A stretch of DNA of 64,000 nt from Desulfomonilia bacterium (GCA_050014195.1 JBEKDT010000001.1:224001-288000), one strand, 5' to 3'. Counted from the stretch's first letter, positions 10,297 to 20,235 are shown. Notes: a model not told the origin generated them from the sequence alone. Made by a program: numbers and translations.

Positions 10297-10488
10297 ATGA
10301 AGTTATCAAGGAATAAGATAGTCCCCCTGCTCTTTACCCTGCTCGGTGTGATCGACTTCATATACGGCATCATGAGGCATGACATGATAAGCCTGGGCAT
10401 GGGTGCGCTTCTGGTGGTCATCTCGCTCTATGTACTCAAGAGGGAGAGCACATCAAGTTCTCATGAACAAAAGAGGCCTAAAGAGTGA
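10297..10488 (+). CDS. Small two-TM hypothetical protein
   Basis: 63-aa ORF filling the intergenic gap, two hydrophobic segments. Confidence 0.55.
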   Translation: MKLSRNKIVPLLFTLLGVIDFIYGIMRHDMISLGMGALLVVISLYVLKRESTSSSHEQKRPKE

Positions 10489-10508
10489 TGAGAAGGAGTT
10501 TTTAAAGC

Positions 10509-11696
10509 ATGGACGATAAGAAAAATCCGGGAGCCGGGACCATTGCCGTGTGGGGGGGCGAGGAGAAGAGCGCGTCCGGCAGGCCCACCCAGGTGCCCAT
10601 CGTGCAGAGCGTCTCCTTTGGGTACGACGATATGGATCAGTGGCTGCAGGTGGGCAAGGGCTTAGAGAAGGGCCACATCTACAGCCGCAACACCAATCCT
10701 ACCCTGGAGGCCTTTGAAGAAAAGATCCGTCTGCTCGAAGGGGCCGGGGCCGCTACATCCTTTTCCAGCGGCATGGCCGCCATCAGCAACACCCTGTTCA
10801 CCCTCCTGTCTCCCGGAGACCGCATCGTTTCCATCAAGGACAGCTATGGCGGCACAAGCAAGCTCTTCATCGAATTTCTCCCCAGGTTCAATATTGAGGC
10901 CATATTGTGTGAAACCACTGATCACGAGCAGATCGAGGCCGAGGTAATGAAAGGCTGCAAGGTGCTTTACCTCGAAACACCCACAAACCCTACGCTCAAG
11001 GTTGTAGATATCTCACGTCTGGCAAAGTCAGCCCATGATGCCGGGGCGATTGTGGCCATGGACAACACCTTTGCCACACCCATCAACCAGCAGCCGCTTA
11101 CTTTAGGTGCCGACCTGGTCATCCACAGCGCCACCAAGTTCCTGGGAGGGCATGCCGATGCTTTGGGCGGGGCCGTGTGCGGACCGGAAGAGCTGATAAA
11201 GAAGATTTACCACTTCCGGGAGATCAATGGCGCTGCCCTGGACCCCATGGCTGCCTACCTCCTGCTTCGCGGCATGAAGACCCTGCACCTGCGCGTGGGA
11301 AGACAGAACGAAAGCGCCCTTGCCATTGCCCGCCACCTGGAGAAACACCCTGCGGTGAGCCGGGTCTTTTATCCGGGATTGATCAGCCACCCTCAGCACG
11401 AAATCGCCAAGAAGCAGATGAGCGGATTCGGCGGGGTGTTGAGCTTTATCCTGAAAGGTGATTTTTCTGCCCTCAAGGTCTTCCTGCCCAGGCTCCTTCT
11501 TGCCCACAGGGCTGCAAACCTTGGGGCGGTGGAGACCATTGCAGGCCCGCCCGCGCTCACCAGCCACGTAGAATGTACCCCGGAGGAACGCGCTGCCATG
11601 GGCATCCCCGAGGGGCTCATCCGGTATTCCGTGGGGATCGAGGACGCGAGTGATCTTATATCTGATCTAAACAACGCCCTTGATGGGCTGGCGTGA
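10509..11696 (+). CDS. Cys/Met metabolism PLP enzyme (cystathionine gamma-synthase/methionine gamma-lyase family)
   Basis: YSRNTNPT, SSGMAAI, LETPTNP, DNTFATP, HSATKFLGGH, IRYSVGIE. Confidence 0.9.
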   Translation: MDDKKNPGAGTIAVWGGEEKSASGRPTQVPIVQSVSFGYDDMDQWLQVGKGLEKGHIYSRNTNPTLEAFEEKIRLLEGAGAATSFSSGMAAISNTLFTLLSPGDRIVSIKDSYGGTSKLFIEFLPRFNIEAILCETTDHEQIEAEVMKGCKVLYLETPTNPTLKVVDISRLAKSAHDAGAIVAMDNTFATPINQQPLTLGADLVIHSATKFLGGHADALGGAVCGPEELIKKIYHFREINGAALDPMAAYLLLRGMKTLHLRVGRQNESALAIARHLEKHPAVSRVFYPGLISHPQHEIAKKQMSGFGGVLSFILKGDFSALKVFLPRLLLAHRAANLGAVETIAGPPALTSHVECTPEERAAMGIPEGLIRYSVGIEDASDLISDLNNALDGLA

Positions 11697-11705
11697 GGGT
11701 AATCA

Positions 11706-12785
11706 TCAATAACGAATGGGGTATAGAATGGTATACTTCATCCCTGACCATGTCCCCGGAATAACAATCAGATAGGAATCCATGGCAAAGAGGCCATCGC
11801 TTTTTCTCCTGGCAGTTACAATGATACGGTTCGTCTTCCTGGTCAGGTGAAAGGGTCCTTTGCAGCTTAAAACCCCTGTCCTGGAATCAAATTGGGCATT
11901 GAGTCTCTTCTTCTCAGAGAGAAACAGGTTGATCCGGCCAGGTTCATAGAGCCCGGGATCTTTCAGGGTGATGGACACCTCGGGAATGGTATCGGATGCA
12001 AGCATCCCGCTTTCAGGGAAACGCCAAGTCACGGGAAGGGGGGGATTCATGAGTTTCTTGGCAAAATCATTGAGGCTCATCTCGGCGCCTACTACGGCCT
12101 GGCGGGGTAAGCGGTCGAACTCGGCGCCTTCTCCGACGCTCCCGGGGTCGGATGTGAGCATGAGACGGAAGCCTGCACGTTTTGCAACAGCACGGACAGT
12201 GTCATTATATTGGCCATAAGGATATGCGAAGTACTTAATCCGGCGGCCCAGGTTCTTTTCCAGGGTTTCCTTGGAGCCTTTGACCTCCTGTTCTATTTCC
12301 TTTTCCTTGAGATTTATCAATCGTGGGTGTGTATAGGTGTGGCACCCCACCTCACCTCCCCAGGCGTCAAGCTGCTTAAGCTGTTCCCAGCTCATGTAAT
12401 TTTTAACACCTATGCCATGGGTGAAGACAAAGATGCAGAAGGGAAAATGGTACTTCTTGAGGATGGGGACCGCCTTATCATACCCTGAGATAAATCCGTC
12501 ATCGATGGTTATGACAACGCCCTTTTCAGGAACGGGACGCTTGCCCTCCAAACAATCGGCAAGCTGATCCATGGAGAGCACCGTATACCCGTGAGACTTT
12601 AAGTATTCCATCTGCAGGTCAAATTGGGTGCTGGAGGTTGTAGTGGTGGGAAATCTGTTTTCATCGAATCTGTGGTAGAGGAGCACCGAGATGTATGCGG
12701 ATGCTGCTGTCGTCAGGCCCGGCATCAGGCAGATTCCAGCAGCGATAATCAGCACCAGGCGAAAATGAAGAGATGCCCTCATCAT
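11706..12785 (-). CDS. Secreted polysaccharide deacetylase (CE4/NodB)
   Basis: LLYHRF, ITIDDG, HTYTHP, FAYPYG; signal peptide; start uncertain. Confidence 0.85.
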   Translation of the reverse strand: MMRASLHFRLVLIIAAGICLMPGLTTAASAYISVLLYHRFDENRFPTTTTSSTQFDLQMEYLKSHGYTVLSMDQLADCLEGKRPVPEKGVVITIDDGFISGYDKAVPILKKYHFPFCIFVFTHGIGVKNYMSWEQLKQLDAWGGEVGCHTYTHPRLINLKEKEIEQEVKGSKETLEKNLGRRIKYFAYPYGQYNDTVRAVAKRAGFRLMLTSDPGSVGEGAEFDRLPRQAVVGAEMSLNDFAKKLMNPPLPVTWRFPESGMLASDTIPEVSITLKDPGLYEPGRINLFLSEKKRLNAQFDSRTGVLSCKGPFHLTRKTNRIIVTARRKSDGLFAMDSYLIVIPGTWSGMKYTILYPIRY

Positions 12786-12840
12786 AAACAAACTCTGAAG
12801 AGATCCACTCTCGTAGGCTTTATCCGCCTTCAGGTAAGCG

Positions 12841-13665
12841 CTATTGGAGCCGGTAGTCATCATAGCTCTTCAGCGCATTGTAGCTGATGAGCAGCTCCAC
12901 CCTGCGCACATACTCGATTCCCATCTGGGAATAATTCCGCAGCCCCTGTGCCAAGGCGAAAGAATCATACGGCGGCTGACTCAAAGAACGTATGTATCTC
13001 AGTTCTTCATATTGCGGGTTGGTGTTGATGTTCCACATATAATAATCAATGCACGACTGCAGGTCATTGAAAACAGACACGGTGAATTCCTTATCACTAT
13101 CCTGTTCCTTGGGTACCATGCCATAACCCGAAGGGGTGCGCAGACCGAAGATATTGTTCCCTTTAATGCAGAAACGTGAGGTCCCCCATCCTGACTCAAT
13201 GGCGGCCTGGGCAATGATGAGGGAGACAGGGAGAACGTTTACCCTCTTGAGAAGCTCTTGAACCATCATCTCGTAGGAGTTGGATTCCACCAGATACACG
13301 CGGGCGAATGAGATGAGAGTCTCTTTTTCCTGCGGGGTCAGGTACGGCAGCCTCTGCCGTAGATGCTCTATGACGAGTCGCTGATTGCGGATAGCCCCGT
13401 TTGCTCGCAGCACGAGCGGCAACAGAATCTCGATAAGATACTGTTTCCTTTCCTGCACGTCATCGATTTGTGCAAGCTGGTCCGGCATACTCGCGGTGTA
13501 TTGGTATTCGATGGAGGGACTCTGCGCGGGTACGGCACGAGGTGCGCCTGTACCTGTGTTCATCCTCGTCGGTATTAAGGCAGCCCCGATCAGTGAAGCA
13601 AAAAAACACACCGAAATAACCGTGAGTCTTCGCAGCTGACCCTTATTACTTTGTGTACCATCCAT
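12841..13665 (-). CDS. Bax-like glucosaminidase (GH73) peptidoglycan hydrolase
   Basis: IAQAAIESGWGTSRF, NNIFG, YMWNINT..Y, N-terminal TM. Confidence 0.85.
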   Translation of the reverse strand: MDGTQSNKGQLRRLTVISVCFFASLIGAALIPTRMNTGTGAPRAVPAQSPSIEYQYTASMPDQLAQIDDVQERKQYLIEILLPLVLRANGAIRNQRLVIEHLRQRLPYLTPQEKETLISFARVYLVESNSYEMMVQELLKRVNVLPVSLIIAQAAIESGWGTSRFCIKGNNIFGLRTPSGYGMVPKEQDSDKEFTVSVFNDLQSCIDYYMWNINTNPQYEELRYIRSLSQPPYDSFALAQGLRNYSQMGIEYVRRVELLISYNALKSYDDYRLQ

Positions 13666-13819
13666 AGTGCACTCTGTGCTGAAGTCATGTGCTCAAACTC
13701 GTTTTATTTACCTGACATATTTTCACAGAGCAAGAAAAAAATGCTGCAACGTTCCAAAGAATCAGGAACCTTCACCCCAAACCGTTTTACACATGAAAAA
13801 CACTTCGCCAAAAACTTCC

Positions 13820-13848
13820 TTGCATTATGAATCATGATTCAGTAATAT
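13820..13848 (+). promoter_or_regulatory. Sigma70-type promoter of the atp F0 operon, with a 14-bp palindrome in its spacer
   Basis: TTGCAT-17 nt-TAATAT; spacer contains TGAATCATGATTCA (13828-13841). Confidence 0.55.
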
Positions 13849-13883
13849 GTCTTGAAATTATTTGTAAGGGGTAGGCCTACATA

Positions 13884-14138
13884 ATGGCGGATGACAAGGA
13901 CAAGGAAAGAAGAAAGATGTACCTCACCGTTGCGGATCTGAGCACGATGGGATTCGCCATGGTATTCTCTATTGTCCTCGGCCTTATTGCAGGCTTCTAC
14001 CTTGACAGCAAATTCGGTACAGAGCCGATCCTAACCTTTGTCTTTCTCTTCGGCGGTATCATGGCAGGGTTCAGGATGATGTATAAGACATACATGCGAT
14101 TTTTCAACGAGGATAAGTCAGGTGAAAAGCACAAGTAA
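13884..14138 (+). CDS. AtpZ/AtpI family protein (ATPase gene 1)
   Basis: MGFAMVFSIVLG..GFYLDSKFGTEP; first gene of the atp operon. Confidence 0.85.
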   Translation: MADDKDKERRKMYLTVADLSTMGFAMVFSIVLGLIAGFYLDSKFGTEPILTFVFLFGGIMAGFRMMYKTYMRFFNEDKSGEKHK

Positions 14139-14505
14139 GGACCCTGTTCAGAAGAGGATCGAGCTCATCGCGCTAGCCCTCTGGGCAACGTTTTGTATTA
14201 TCAGTCTTCCGCTGTTCGGCTCGAAGTTTGCCCTGGGGGTCCTGCTTGGCGGCGCCCTATGCCTTGCGAATTACCAGTTGCTCTGGCGTCATGCAAAGTC
14301 CTCGGTTACATTTGAAGCCAAACAGGGCAAGGCCTTCATGATCAGACGCTACATCCTGCGGCTCGCTTTAACAGGGGCTGCCCTCTACGTCCTTATCGCG
14401 CTGCTGCATGTCGACATCTTAGGGCTGCTGCTGGGCCTGTCCGTTATCATGCTCGGCGTCATGAGTTACGCATGCTACACCTACATCTGTGCAGGAGGAG
14501 ATTAG
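14122..14505 (+). CDS. atpI: ATP synthase protein I
   Basis: 4-TM protein, RYILRL motif, position before atpB. Confidence 0.75.
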   Translation: MKSTSKDPVQKRIELIALALWATFCIISLPLFGSKFALGVLLGGALCLANYQLLWRHAKSSVTFEAKQGKAFMIRRYILRLALTGAALYVLIALLHVDILGLLLGLSVIMLGVMSYACYTYICAGGD

Positions 14506-14506
14506 T

Positions 14507-15214
14507 ATGGAACACGGGTACCTCGTTCTGAATTTCATCACCCATCCCCTTTATGAACTCATCCATGAAAAGTTCGGCCTGACTGACGGCAACCACATGC
14601 ACCAGGTCACCTTTACCTGGCTCTACATGCTCTTTCTCATCGTGATTTCTCTAATTGTGTCCAGGAATCTGAAGATGGTTCCGGGAAGGCTTCAAAATTT
14701 TTTAGAGGTGGTCATCGGCGGACTGAAGTCACTTGTGGTGGACACCATGAGCGAGCACGGCATGAGGTTCTTCCCACTCATAGCCACTATCGCGGTATAC
14801 ATCTTCACATGCAACATGGGAGGCGTTATTCCCGGCTTCTATTCACCCACGGCAAACCTCAATACCAACCTGTCCATGGCACTCACCGTGTTTCTATTGA
14901 CACACATCGTGGGCGTGAAGATCCATGGCTTCAAATATCTCAAACATTTCCTGGGTCCGGTGTGGTGGATGGCGCCCATCATGTTGCCGGTGGAGCTCAT
15001 CGGCCACCTGGCGCGGCCGCTTTCTCTCACCATGCGGCTCTTTGGGAATATATTCGGTGAAGACCTGGTGCTCGTGGTTCTCTTGGCACTGGTCCCGTTC
15101 CTCCTTCCCATGCCCATGCTTGTACTCATGATATTCACCTCGATCCTGCAGGCATTCGTGTTCACGCTGCTTGCCATGATGTATATAAGCGGCGCTATGG
15201 AGGAGTCCCACTAA
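14507..15214 (+). CDS. atpB: F0 ATP synthase subunit a
   Basis: PTANLN, RPLSLTMRLFGNI, LQAFVFTLL..Y. Confidence 0.95.
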   Translation: MEHGYLVLNFITHPLYELIHEKFGLTDGNHMHQVTFTWLYMLFLIVISLIVSRNLKMVPGRLQNFLEVVIGGLKSLVVDTMSEHGMRFFPLIATIAVYIFTCNMGGVIPGFYSPTANLNTNLSMALTVFLLTHIVGVKIHGFKYLKHFLGPVWWMAPIMLPVELIGHLARPLSLTMRLFGNIFGEDLVLVVLLALVPFLLPMPMLVLMIFTSILQAFVFTLLAMMYISGAMEESH

Positions 15215-15366
15215 GCGAGAATAATAACAGGCATGTTTGCGGAAACCCGCCAGTTTGATGTTTTATGTGCCGGACAACGATTTTGACGGCTACCAAGAAA
15301 GCTGGGTAGGATACAATCCTGGCCGCCTTTGGTAATATGAATATAATAAAATAGTTGGAGGATTGT

Positions 15367-15723
15367 ATGAAGAAATTTTTATGTTTATCAGGAGTTTCAG
15401 TATTCTTGGTCCTGGGGTTCTCATCACTAGTCTTTGCAGCAGGAGGCACGGCAAGCCCTGAAGCCATCCAGTATTTCTCCTGGGCCTCTGTAGCTGCGGG
15501 TATCGGTATGGCTCTCGCAGCCTTCGGTACCGGCATAGGCCAGGGCCACGGTGTTCAGGGCGCCTGCGATGGTATTGCCCGCAACCCTGAGGCATCGGGC
15601 AAAATACTGACAGCGCTCATCCTTGGCCTGGCCATGATCGAGTCCCTGGCCATCTATGCGCTGGTTATCGAGCTTATCCTGCTCTACGCAAATCCGTTCA
15701 TCAAGTTCATGGGCCTGCAGTAA
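15367..15723 (+). CDS. atpE: F0 ATP synthase subunit c with N-terminal leader
   Basis: [25 protein letters not shown]. Confidence 0.95.
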   Translation: MKKFLCLSGVSVFLVLGFSSLVFAAGGTASPEAIQYFSWASVAAGIGMALAAFGTGIGQGHGVQGACDGIARNPEASGKILTALILGLAMIESLAIYALVIELILLYANPFIKFMGLQ

Positions 15724-15753
15724 AAAGATATCGAAATCAAGCAAGAATCCACA

Positions 15754-15790
15754 AAGAGGGGCTCTTAAAAGAGAGCCCCTCTTCTTAATC
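15754..15790. terminator. Probable bidirectional intrinsic terminator between convergent genes
   Basis: aagaggggctct / agagcccctctt 12-bp stem after atpE. Confidence 0.75.
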
Positions 15791-15858
15791 TGGTCACTGT
15801 TCACCATGCAGGTTTATGAACAAACTACCTGAAGAAAATATAAAGAGCTCAACGAGCC

Positions 15859-16110
15859 CTACATCCCTAGTAAGGCCTTGACCTTCTTCTTCTGCTCCTC
15901 GCTGGCAAAGTAGAAGGCAGCGGCACCACCCGCGAGTAAAAGCAGGGTAAAGGGTCTGAATATAAGTCTGAAGATGGCCTTCACCACCGATTTAATCACT
16001 GAGACAACCCCGCCGATGATGCCGAAAAGAACGACATCGGCCACGATGAATTTAATCAGCTTAAATGGGGCAAGGATAATCGATGTAATAAGGTTAAAAA
16101 GAAAGCGCAT
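15859..16110 (-). CDS. Small hydrophobic hypothetical protein
   Basis: 83-aa ORF, AGGAGG RBS, amphipathic/hydrophobic. Confidence 0.65.
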   Translation of the reverse strand: MRFLFNLITSIILAPFKLIKFIVADVVLFGIIGGVVSVIKSVVKAIFRLIFRPFTLLLLAGGAAAFYFASEEQKKKVKALLGM

Positions 16111-16166
16111 GGTCTTACACCTCCTGCTTTAATATTTTTTTAAGAGTTTCGGTATAGACTCTGTTC

Positions 16167-16403
16167 TTACGAGTCCTTTTTCAAGAGCAGATCCTCTACG
16201 GACCCTAACGCGTCTTTCGATACTAAAGCGGCCCGCTTGTTCTCTTCCTGTATTTTTAAATAAATCTCTTCTCGGTGCACCGTCACGTCTTTGGGCGCTC
16301 GAATACCGAGCTTGACCTGGGTACCCTTGATCTCGACCACGGATACCTGGATATCATCGCCGATGGCGACAGATTCGCCGACTTTCCTTGTCAGTATCAG
16401 CAA
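16167..16403 (-). CDS. csrA: Carbon storage regulator
   Basis: [33 protein letters not shown]; TTG start. Confidence 0.95.
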   Translation of the reverse strand: MLILTRKVGESVAIGDDIQVSVVEIKGTQVKLGIRAPKDVTVHREEIYLKIQEENKRAALVSKDALGSVEDLLLKKDS

Positions 16404-16445
16404 TGAGACCCCCGAAACGTGTCTTTTGAAGAAAGTATTACATGA

Positions 16446-16532
16446 TTATTGTATTGAAAGCAACGACTGCATCATCGTATTGCTCATGGATATCAGACTC
16501 ACAGAGCCCTGATAAAGATATTGATCCCTCAT
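16446..16532 (-). pseudogene. 28-aa ORF resembling the FlgK C-terminus (relic or micro-protein)
   Basis: MRDQYLYQGSVSLISMSNTMMQSLLSIQ*; ATGA overlap with the flgK stop; parallels FlgK tail NQYLYQASAKLISICDSMMQYLLSL. Confidence 0.6.
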
Positions 16533-18337
16533 GAGGTGGAGAGGCTAAGCAGATACTGCATCATTGAATCGCAGATGGAGATTAGCTTTGCAGAGGCCTG
16601 GTAAAGGTATTGATTCTGCAGGAGATTGGTCATTTCATCATCCAGATTGACACCGGTGACACTCTGCTTTTGCGTGGTATACTCACTCAACAATGAGTCG
16701 TTGAATGTGACGTTCTGCTTCACATTTTGATCATCCATACCAACCTGGGCTACCAACGAATTGTAATAGCCATCCATGGTTGTGTCCACCCCGGCACCAC
16801 CCATGTCGGAGATGTTCTTGTCCTGGAGGGCGGAGATGGCGCTTGCTACATCATTGGCCCCTGATGCGACTTGATGATCGCTATCAAGATAGCCGGTTGA
16901 GATCAAATCAGGGTTATCGGTTAAGGCCTGATTGACACCAGCGCCCTGAATGATGTCGGTTGTCGGCTGCCCTACTTTTTCATCCCAAGAAAAGAACGTA
17001 TTGACCCCAAGGATGGCCAGTGCATTGCTGGAAGATCCGCTGGCGCTGGGGTTAACGGCGAAGGTATCGCCGGTGGTCGATGCAGTCATCTGGAAATGCC
17101 CGTCAGCGTCCAGGCTGGCCGTGACGTTACCTCCGGTTTGGGAATTGATCGCACCGATGAGATCGCCGACCGTGGTCCCGCTTGTCCCGTTTGCAGTCCC
17201 GTACGCGGCAGTATCAATGGTATAGTTCGTCGGATTGCCGCTACTGTCATATACCGTGATGTCGAAGGTGCCGCTCGAGTTGTACCGGTCACCGAAAAGA
17301 AAGGTTGAGCTTGAGGAAAGGTCATCGCTAAGCCCGGAACACTGAACCGTTCCCGTCATCTGGCTGACGCTCTGAAGACCTGTGCCTTCACTATGGAGTG
17401 CGTTCACCTGCCAGATGAGTTCCTTTGTGAACGAGTTTAAAGAATCCAGGTAAGAACTGATCTGGGTGTCCCTTACATCCGCCGACCCTGCAATATCTCC
17501 ACCCTGGAGCTTATTGGTGATATCGATACTCCTCCCCGAGGAATCATTCCATAACACCTTGAGAAAACCGGTGGTAGAATCACGCTGGGTAGTCAGAGTG
17601 TTTGAGTCATTTCCCTCCACAAGAGGGGTGCCTCCCAGGATGTACACATTGACCGCGCCTGTGTTGGAATCCTCATGGTATGAGATATTAAGATGTTTAG
17701 CAAGATTTTGCAGATCAAGGTCTCTCTCATCCCGCAGGTCGTTGGCATTGGTCTGGCCTTTGACCTCCACACTTGTTATTTCAGTGTTCAGGCTCGCAAT
17801 CTGCTTGATGAGCGTGTTCACATCGTCTACATCGCTATTAATGGTGGTATCAAGGTTTTGCTGGGAAGATGTCAGGTTCGTATCCATCTCTTGGAGCGTG
17901 GAAATCAGGTTGTCCGAATCGGAAAGCAAAGTCTGCCTCGCTGAAGTGTTATCGGGGGTAGTTGCAAGGTTACTCCAGTCATTCCAGAAGGTACTCATCA
18001 GCGAATTGATCCCATCTCCGCTACTCTCATTGAATATATTGTTGACATCATCCATGGTGCTTTGCTGGGCATTCCAGTAAGAATCATCGGATGTTTTCTG
18101 AATCACCTGTTGATTGATGTAGGCATTGTACTGCCTCGTCACCTGGGTAGCGATCACACCGGTCCCGATCTGTCCCGGCGCCGTATTGATAGGGTTGTTG
18201 GCCTTGACCTGCAACGTCTGTTCGGAATATCCATCCGTGTTTGCATTGGCGATGTTGTGCGAAATTACTTCCAAGGAAAGCTGGGAGGTTAAAAGTGAAC
18301 CACGGGCAATATTGAGTGCTCCGGTAATACCCGACAT
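16529..18337 (-). CDS. flgK: Flagellar hook-associated protein 1
   Basis: SHNIANANTDGYS, IGTGV, ANDLRDERD, GVNLDDEMTNL. Confidence 0.93.
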   Translation of the reverse strand: MSGITGALNIARGSLLTSQLSLEVISHNIANANTDGYSEQTLQVKANNPINTAPGQIGTGVIATQVTRQYNAYINQQVIQKTSDDSYWNAQQSTMDDVNNIFNESSGDGINSLMSTFWNDWSNLATTPDNTSARQTLLSDSDNLISTLQEMDTNLTSSQQNLDTTINSDVDDVNTLIKQIASLNTEITSVEVKGQTNANDLRDERDLDLQNLAKHLNISYHEDSNTGAVNVYILGGTPLVEGNDSNTLTTQRDSTTGFLKVLWNDSSGRSIDITNKLQGGDIAGSADVRDTQISSYLDSLNSFTKELIWQVNALHSEGTGLQSVSQMTGTVQCSGLSDDLSSSSTFLFGDRYNSSGTFDITVYDSSGNPTNYTIDTAAYGTANGTSGTTVGDLIGAINSQTGGNVTASLDADGHFQMTASTTGDTFAVNPSASGSSSNALAILGVNTFFSWDEKVGQPTTDIIQGAGVNQALTDNPDLISTGYLDSDHQVASGANDVASAISALQDKNISDMGGAGVDTTMDGYYNSLVAQVGMDDQNVKQNVTFNDSLLSEYTTQKQSVTGVNLDDEMTNLLQNQYLYQASAKLISICDSMMQYLLSLSTS

Positions 18338-18338
18338 A

Positions 18339-18764
18339 TCAGGCTCCTGCTTTTATAGTATGTGATGGAATGGCGGATTTCTTGCCGGCCCTGGTGTAGC
18401 CGTCCTTCTTCAGGCCGGTAAAGAATATATCGATCTGAGCATCGATCTCAGAGAGTTTTTGGGATACAAACTTCTTGGAGAGATCGTTAAGCCCGGATGC
18501 CTTTTTCCAGAGCACAACGAGTTCCTGCTGAAGGCTTCGCATCCTCTTCGTGTGCTCGGGCACAAGCCCGGAACGCGGCACTTCAGACCCTTCACGGAGT
18601 TTGGCAATGCTCTTGATGAGTCTTTGCTTGAGCGGCATCGATTCTTCGAGTGCCTGGACATCCCCCTGAGAAATGAATGTCAGCTCCGTTTCCAGCTGAA
18701 TGACGAGCTTCTCCAAAAGCTCCTTTTCCCGCTCAAGACTCTCGATCACTTCCATATATGTCAT
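18339..18764 (-). CDS. flgN: FlgN-like export chaperone
   Basis: Helical 141-aa protein directly upstream of flgK, C-terminal GYTRAG. Confidence 0.65.
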   Translation of the reverse strand: MTYMEVIESLEREKELLEKLVIQLETELTFISQGDVQALEESMPLKQRLIKSIAKLREGSEVPRSGLVPEHTKRMRSLQQELVVLWKKASGLNDLSKKFVSQKLSEIDAQIDIFFTGLKKDGYTRAGKKSAIPSHTIKAGA

Positions 18765-18808
18765 GGTGCCTCCCTGGTCATGCTCAACGAAACATCACCT
18801 TATATTCT

Positions 18809-19135
18809 TTATCGGTTATTCTCATTTATCTGGTGAACATTACCCTGCCTTGTCTTCCCGTCCTCGCCGAAATTCTGCTGTATGTGCTTCTTGAGGATAT
18901 CGGCAATGCCTAAGGCGCCGGATTGTCCAATGCTTTTGGCAAGCTCTTCATTAAACATATCCTTATAGATATCATTCGCAAAACCTTCCTCCAAGAACCC
19001 TTCCGGAATGGATTCGGACATAGTTTTTAAGAGCTGATGGGCAAACATGGTCTCAAACTCTTTACACACCTTATCCAGGGCCTTGACCGGGTCGCTCTTG
19101 TTCATATGAGTGAGCATGCTGACATCTTGAATCAT
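18809..19135 (-). CDS. flgJ: FlgJ rod-binding domain only (no muramidase domain)
   Basis: CKEFETMFAHQLLKTM..IYKDMF..LGIAD. Confidence 0.85.
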   Translation of the reverse strand: MIQDVSMLTHMNKSDPVKALDKVCKEFETMFAHQLLKTMSESIPEGFLEEGFANDIYKDMFNEELAKSIGQSGALGIADILKKHIQQNFGEDGKTRQGNVHQINENNR

Positions 19136-20226
19136 ATGATCTCCAGATCTGCGTACAAGGCGCCTGCCCGCTTGATGGCCTGTATGATGATGATAAGGTC
19201 TCTCGGTGACACGCCGACGGCATTTAATGAAGCAACGAGGTCACCTATGCTGGCCCCGCTCTTGAGCAGGATGAGCCGCTTACCGCCCTCCTCCACCTGA
19301 ACCCCGGACTGCGGGACAACAGTGGTGGCTCCTTGTGAAAATGGCATGGGCTGGGATACCTGCGGCCGCTCGGAAATCTTGATACTCAGATTGCCATGTG
19401 CGATAGCAACGGTCGAGATCTTTACCTCACTACCCATGACCACCGTGCCGGTCCGCTCGTTCACAATGACTCTTGCCCGGTTGTCCGGCGTCACATCGAC
19501 CCCTTCGATGAGCGCCACGAAATCTACAAGTCTGTTCTGGTAGGATGCCGGCACATCAAGCCGGATGGTAGAAAGGTCTTGGGCACTGGCCACCTGGGAA
19601 CCCAGTTTTTCGTTGATGGATCGTACGAGTCTGCCCACGGTTGTGAAATCAGGATTATTCATGACCAGCGTCATCTGCGGGCCCATGCTCAGATCAAGCG
19701 AACGCTCAACCACAGCGCCATTCGAGATCACCCCCGCTGTGGGGAAGTTTTTGGTAACCCCGGAACCCGAGGCACCGCTTACGGCAAAACCGCCGACCGA
19801 TATAGGACCCTGGGCTAGGGCATAGACCTTTCCATCAGGGCCATAGAGCGGTGTAGAAATCAGGGTTCCGCCTGCAATAGAGGTGGCATCACCCATGGAC
19901 GAAACCGTGCAATCAATCTTTTGTGAGCTCTTGGCAAACGGCGGAAGCGACGAGGTGACGATGACCGCCGCCACGTTCTTCATCTTCAGGTCATTAGCAT
20001 TAACCTTGATACCCATATTCCGGAGCATGTTTGTTACGGAATAGATAGTATATTCATTGCCTGTTCCGGCCTTGTCACCGGTACCGTTCAGACCCACTAC
20101 CAACCCGTACCCTGACAACTTGTTCTCCCTCACCCCTTGGATCTCGACAAGGTCCTTCACGCGTACTGCCAGGAGTGGCTGTACTGTGAGGAGTATAATA
20201 ACAATAGCTAGGGTTATCTTCTTCAT
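19132..20226 (-). CDS. flgI: Flagellar P-ring protein
   Basis: GVRENKLSGYGLVVGLNGTGD, VNERTGTVV, GALYADL. Confidence 0.95.
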   Translation of the reverse strand: MKKITLAIVIILLTVQPLLAVRVKDLVEIQGVRENKLSGYGLVVGLNGTGDKAGTGNEYTIYSVTNMLRNMGIKVNANDLKMKNVAAVIVTSSLPPFAKSSQKIDCTVSSMGDATSIAGGTLISTPLYGPDGKVYALAQGPISVGGFAVSGASGSGVTKNFPTAGVISNGAVVERSLDLSMGPQMTLVMNNPDFTTVGRLVRSINEKLGSQVASAQDLSTIRLDVPASYQNRLVDFVALIEGVDVTPDNRARVIVNERTGTVVMGSEVKISTVAIAHGNLSIKISERPQVSQPMPFSQGATTVVPQSGVQVEEGGKRLILLKSGASIGDLVASLNAVGVSPRDLIIIIQAIKRAGALYADLEII

Positions 20227-20235
20227 GATCCACCT

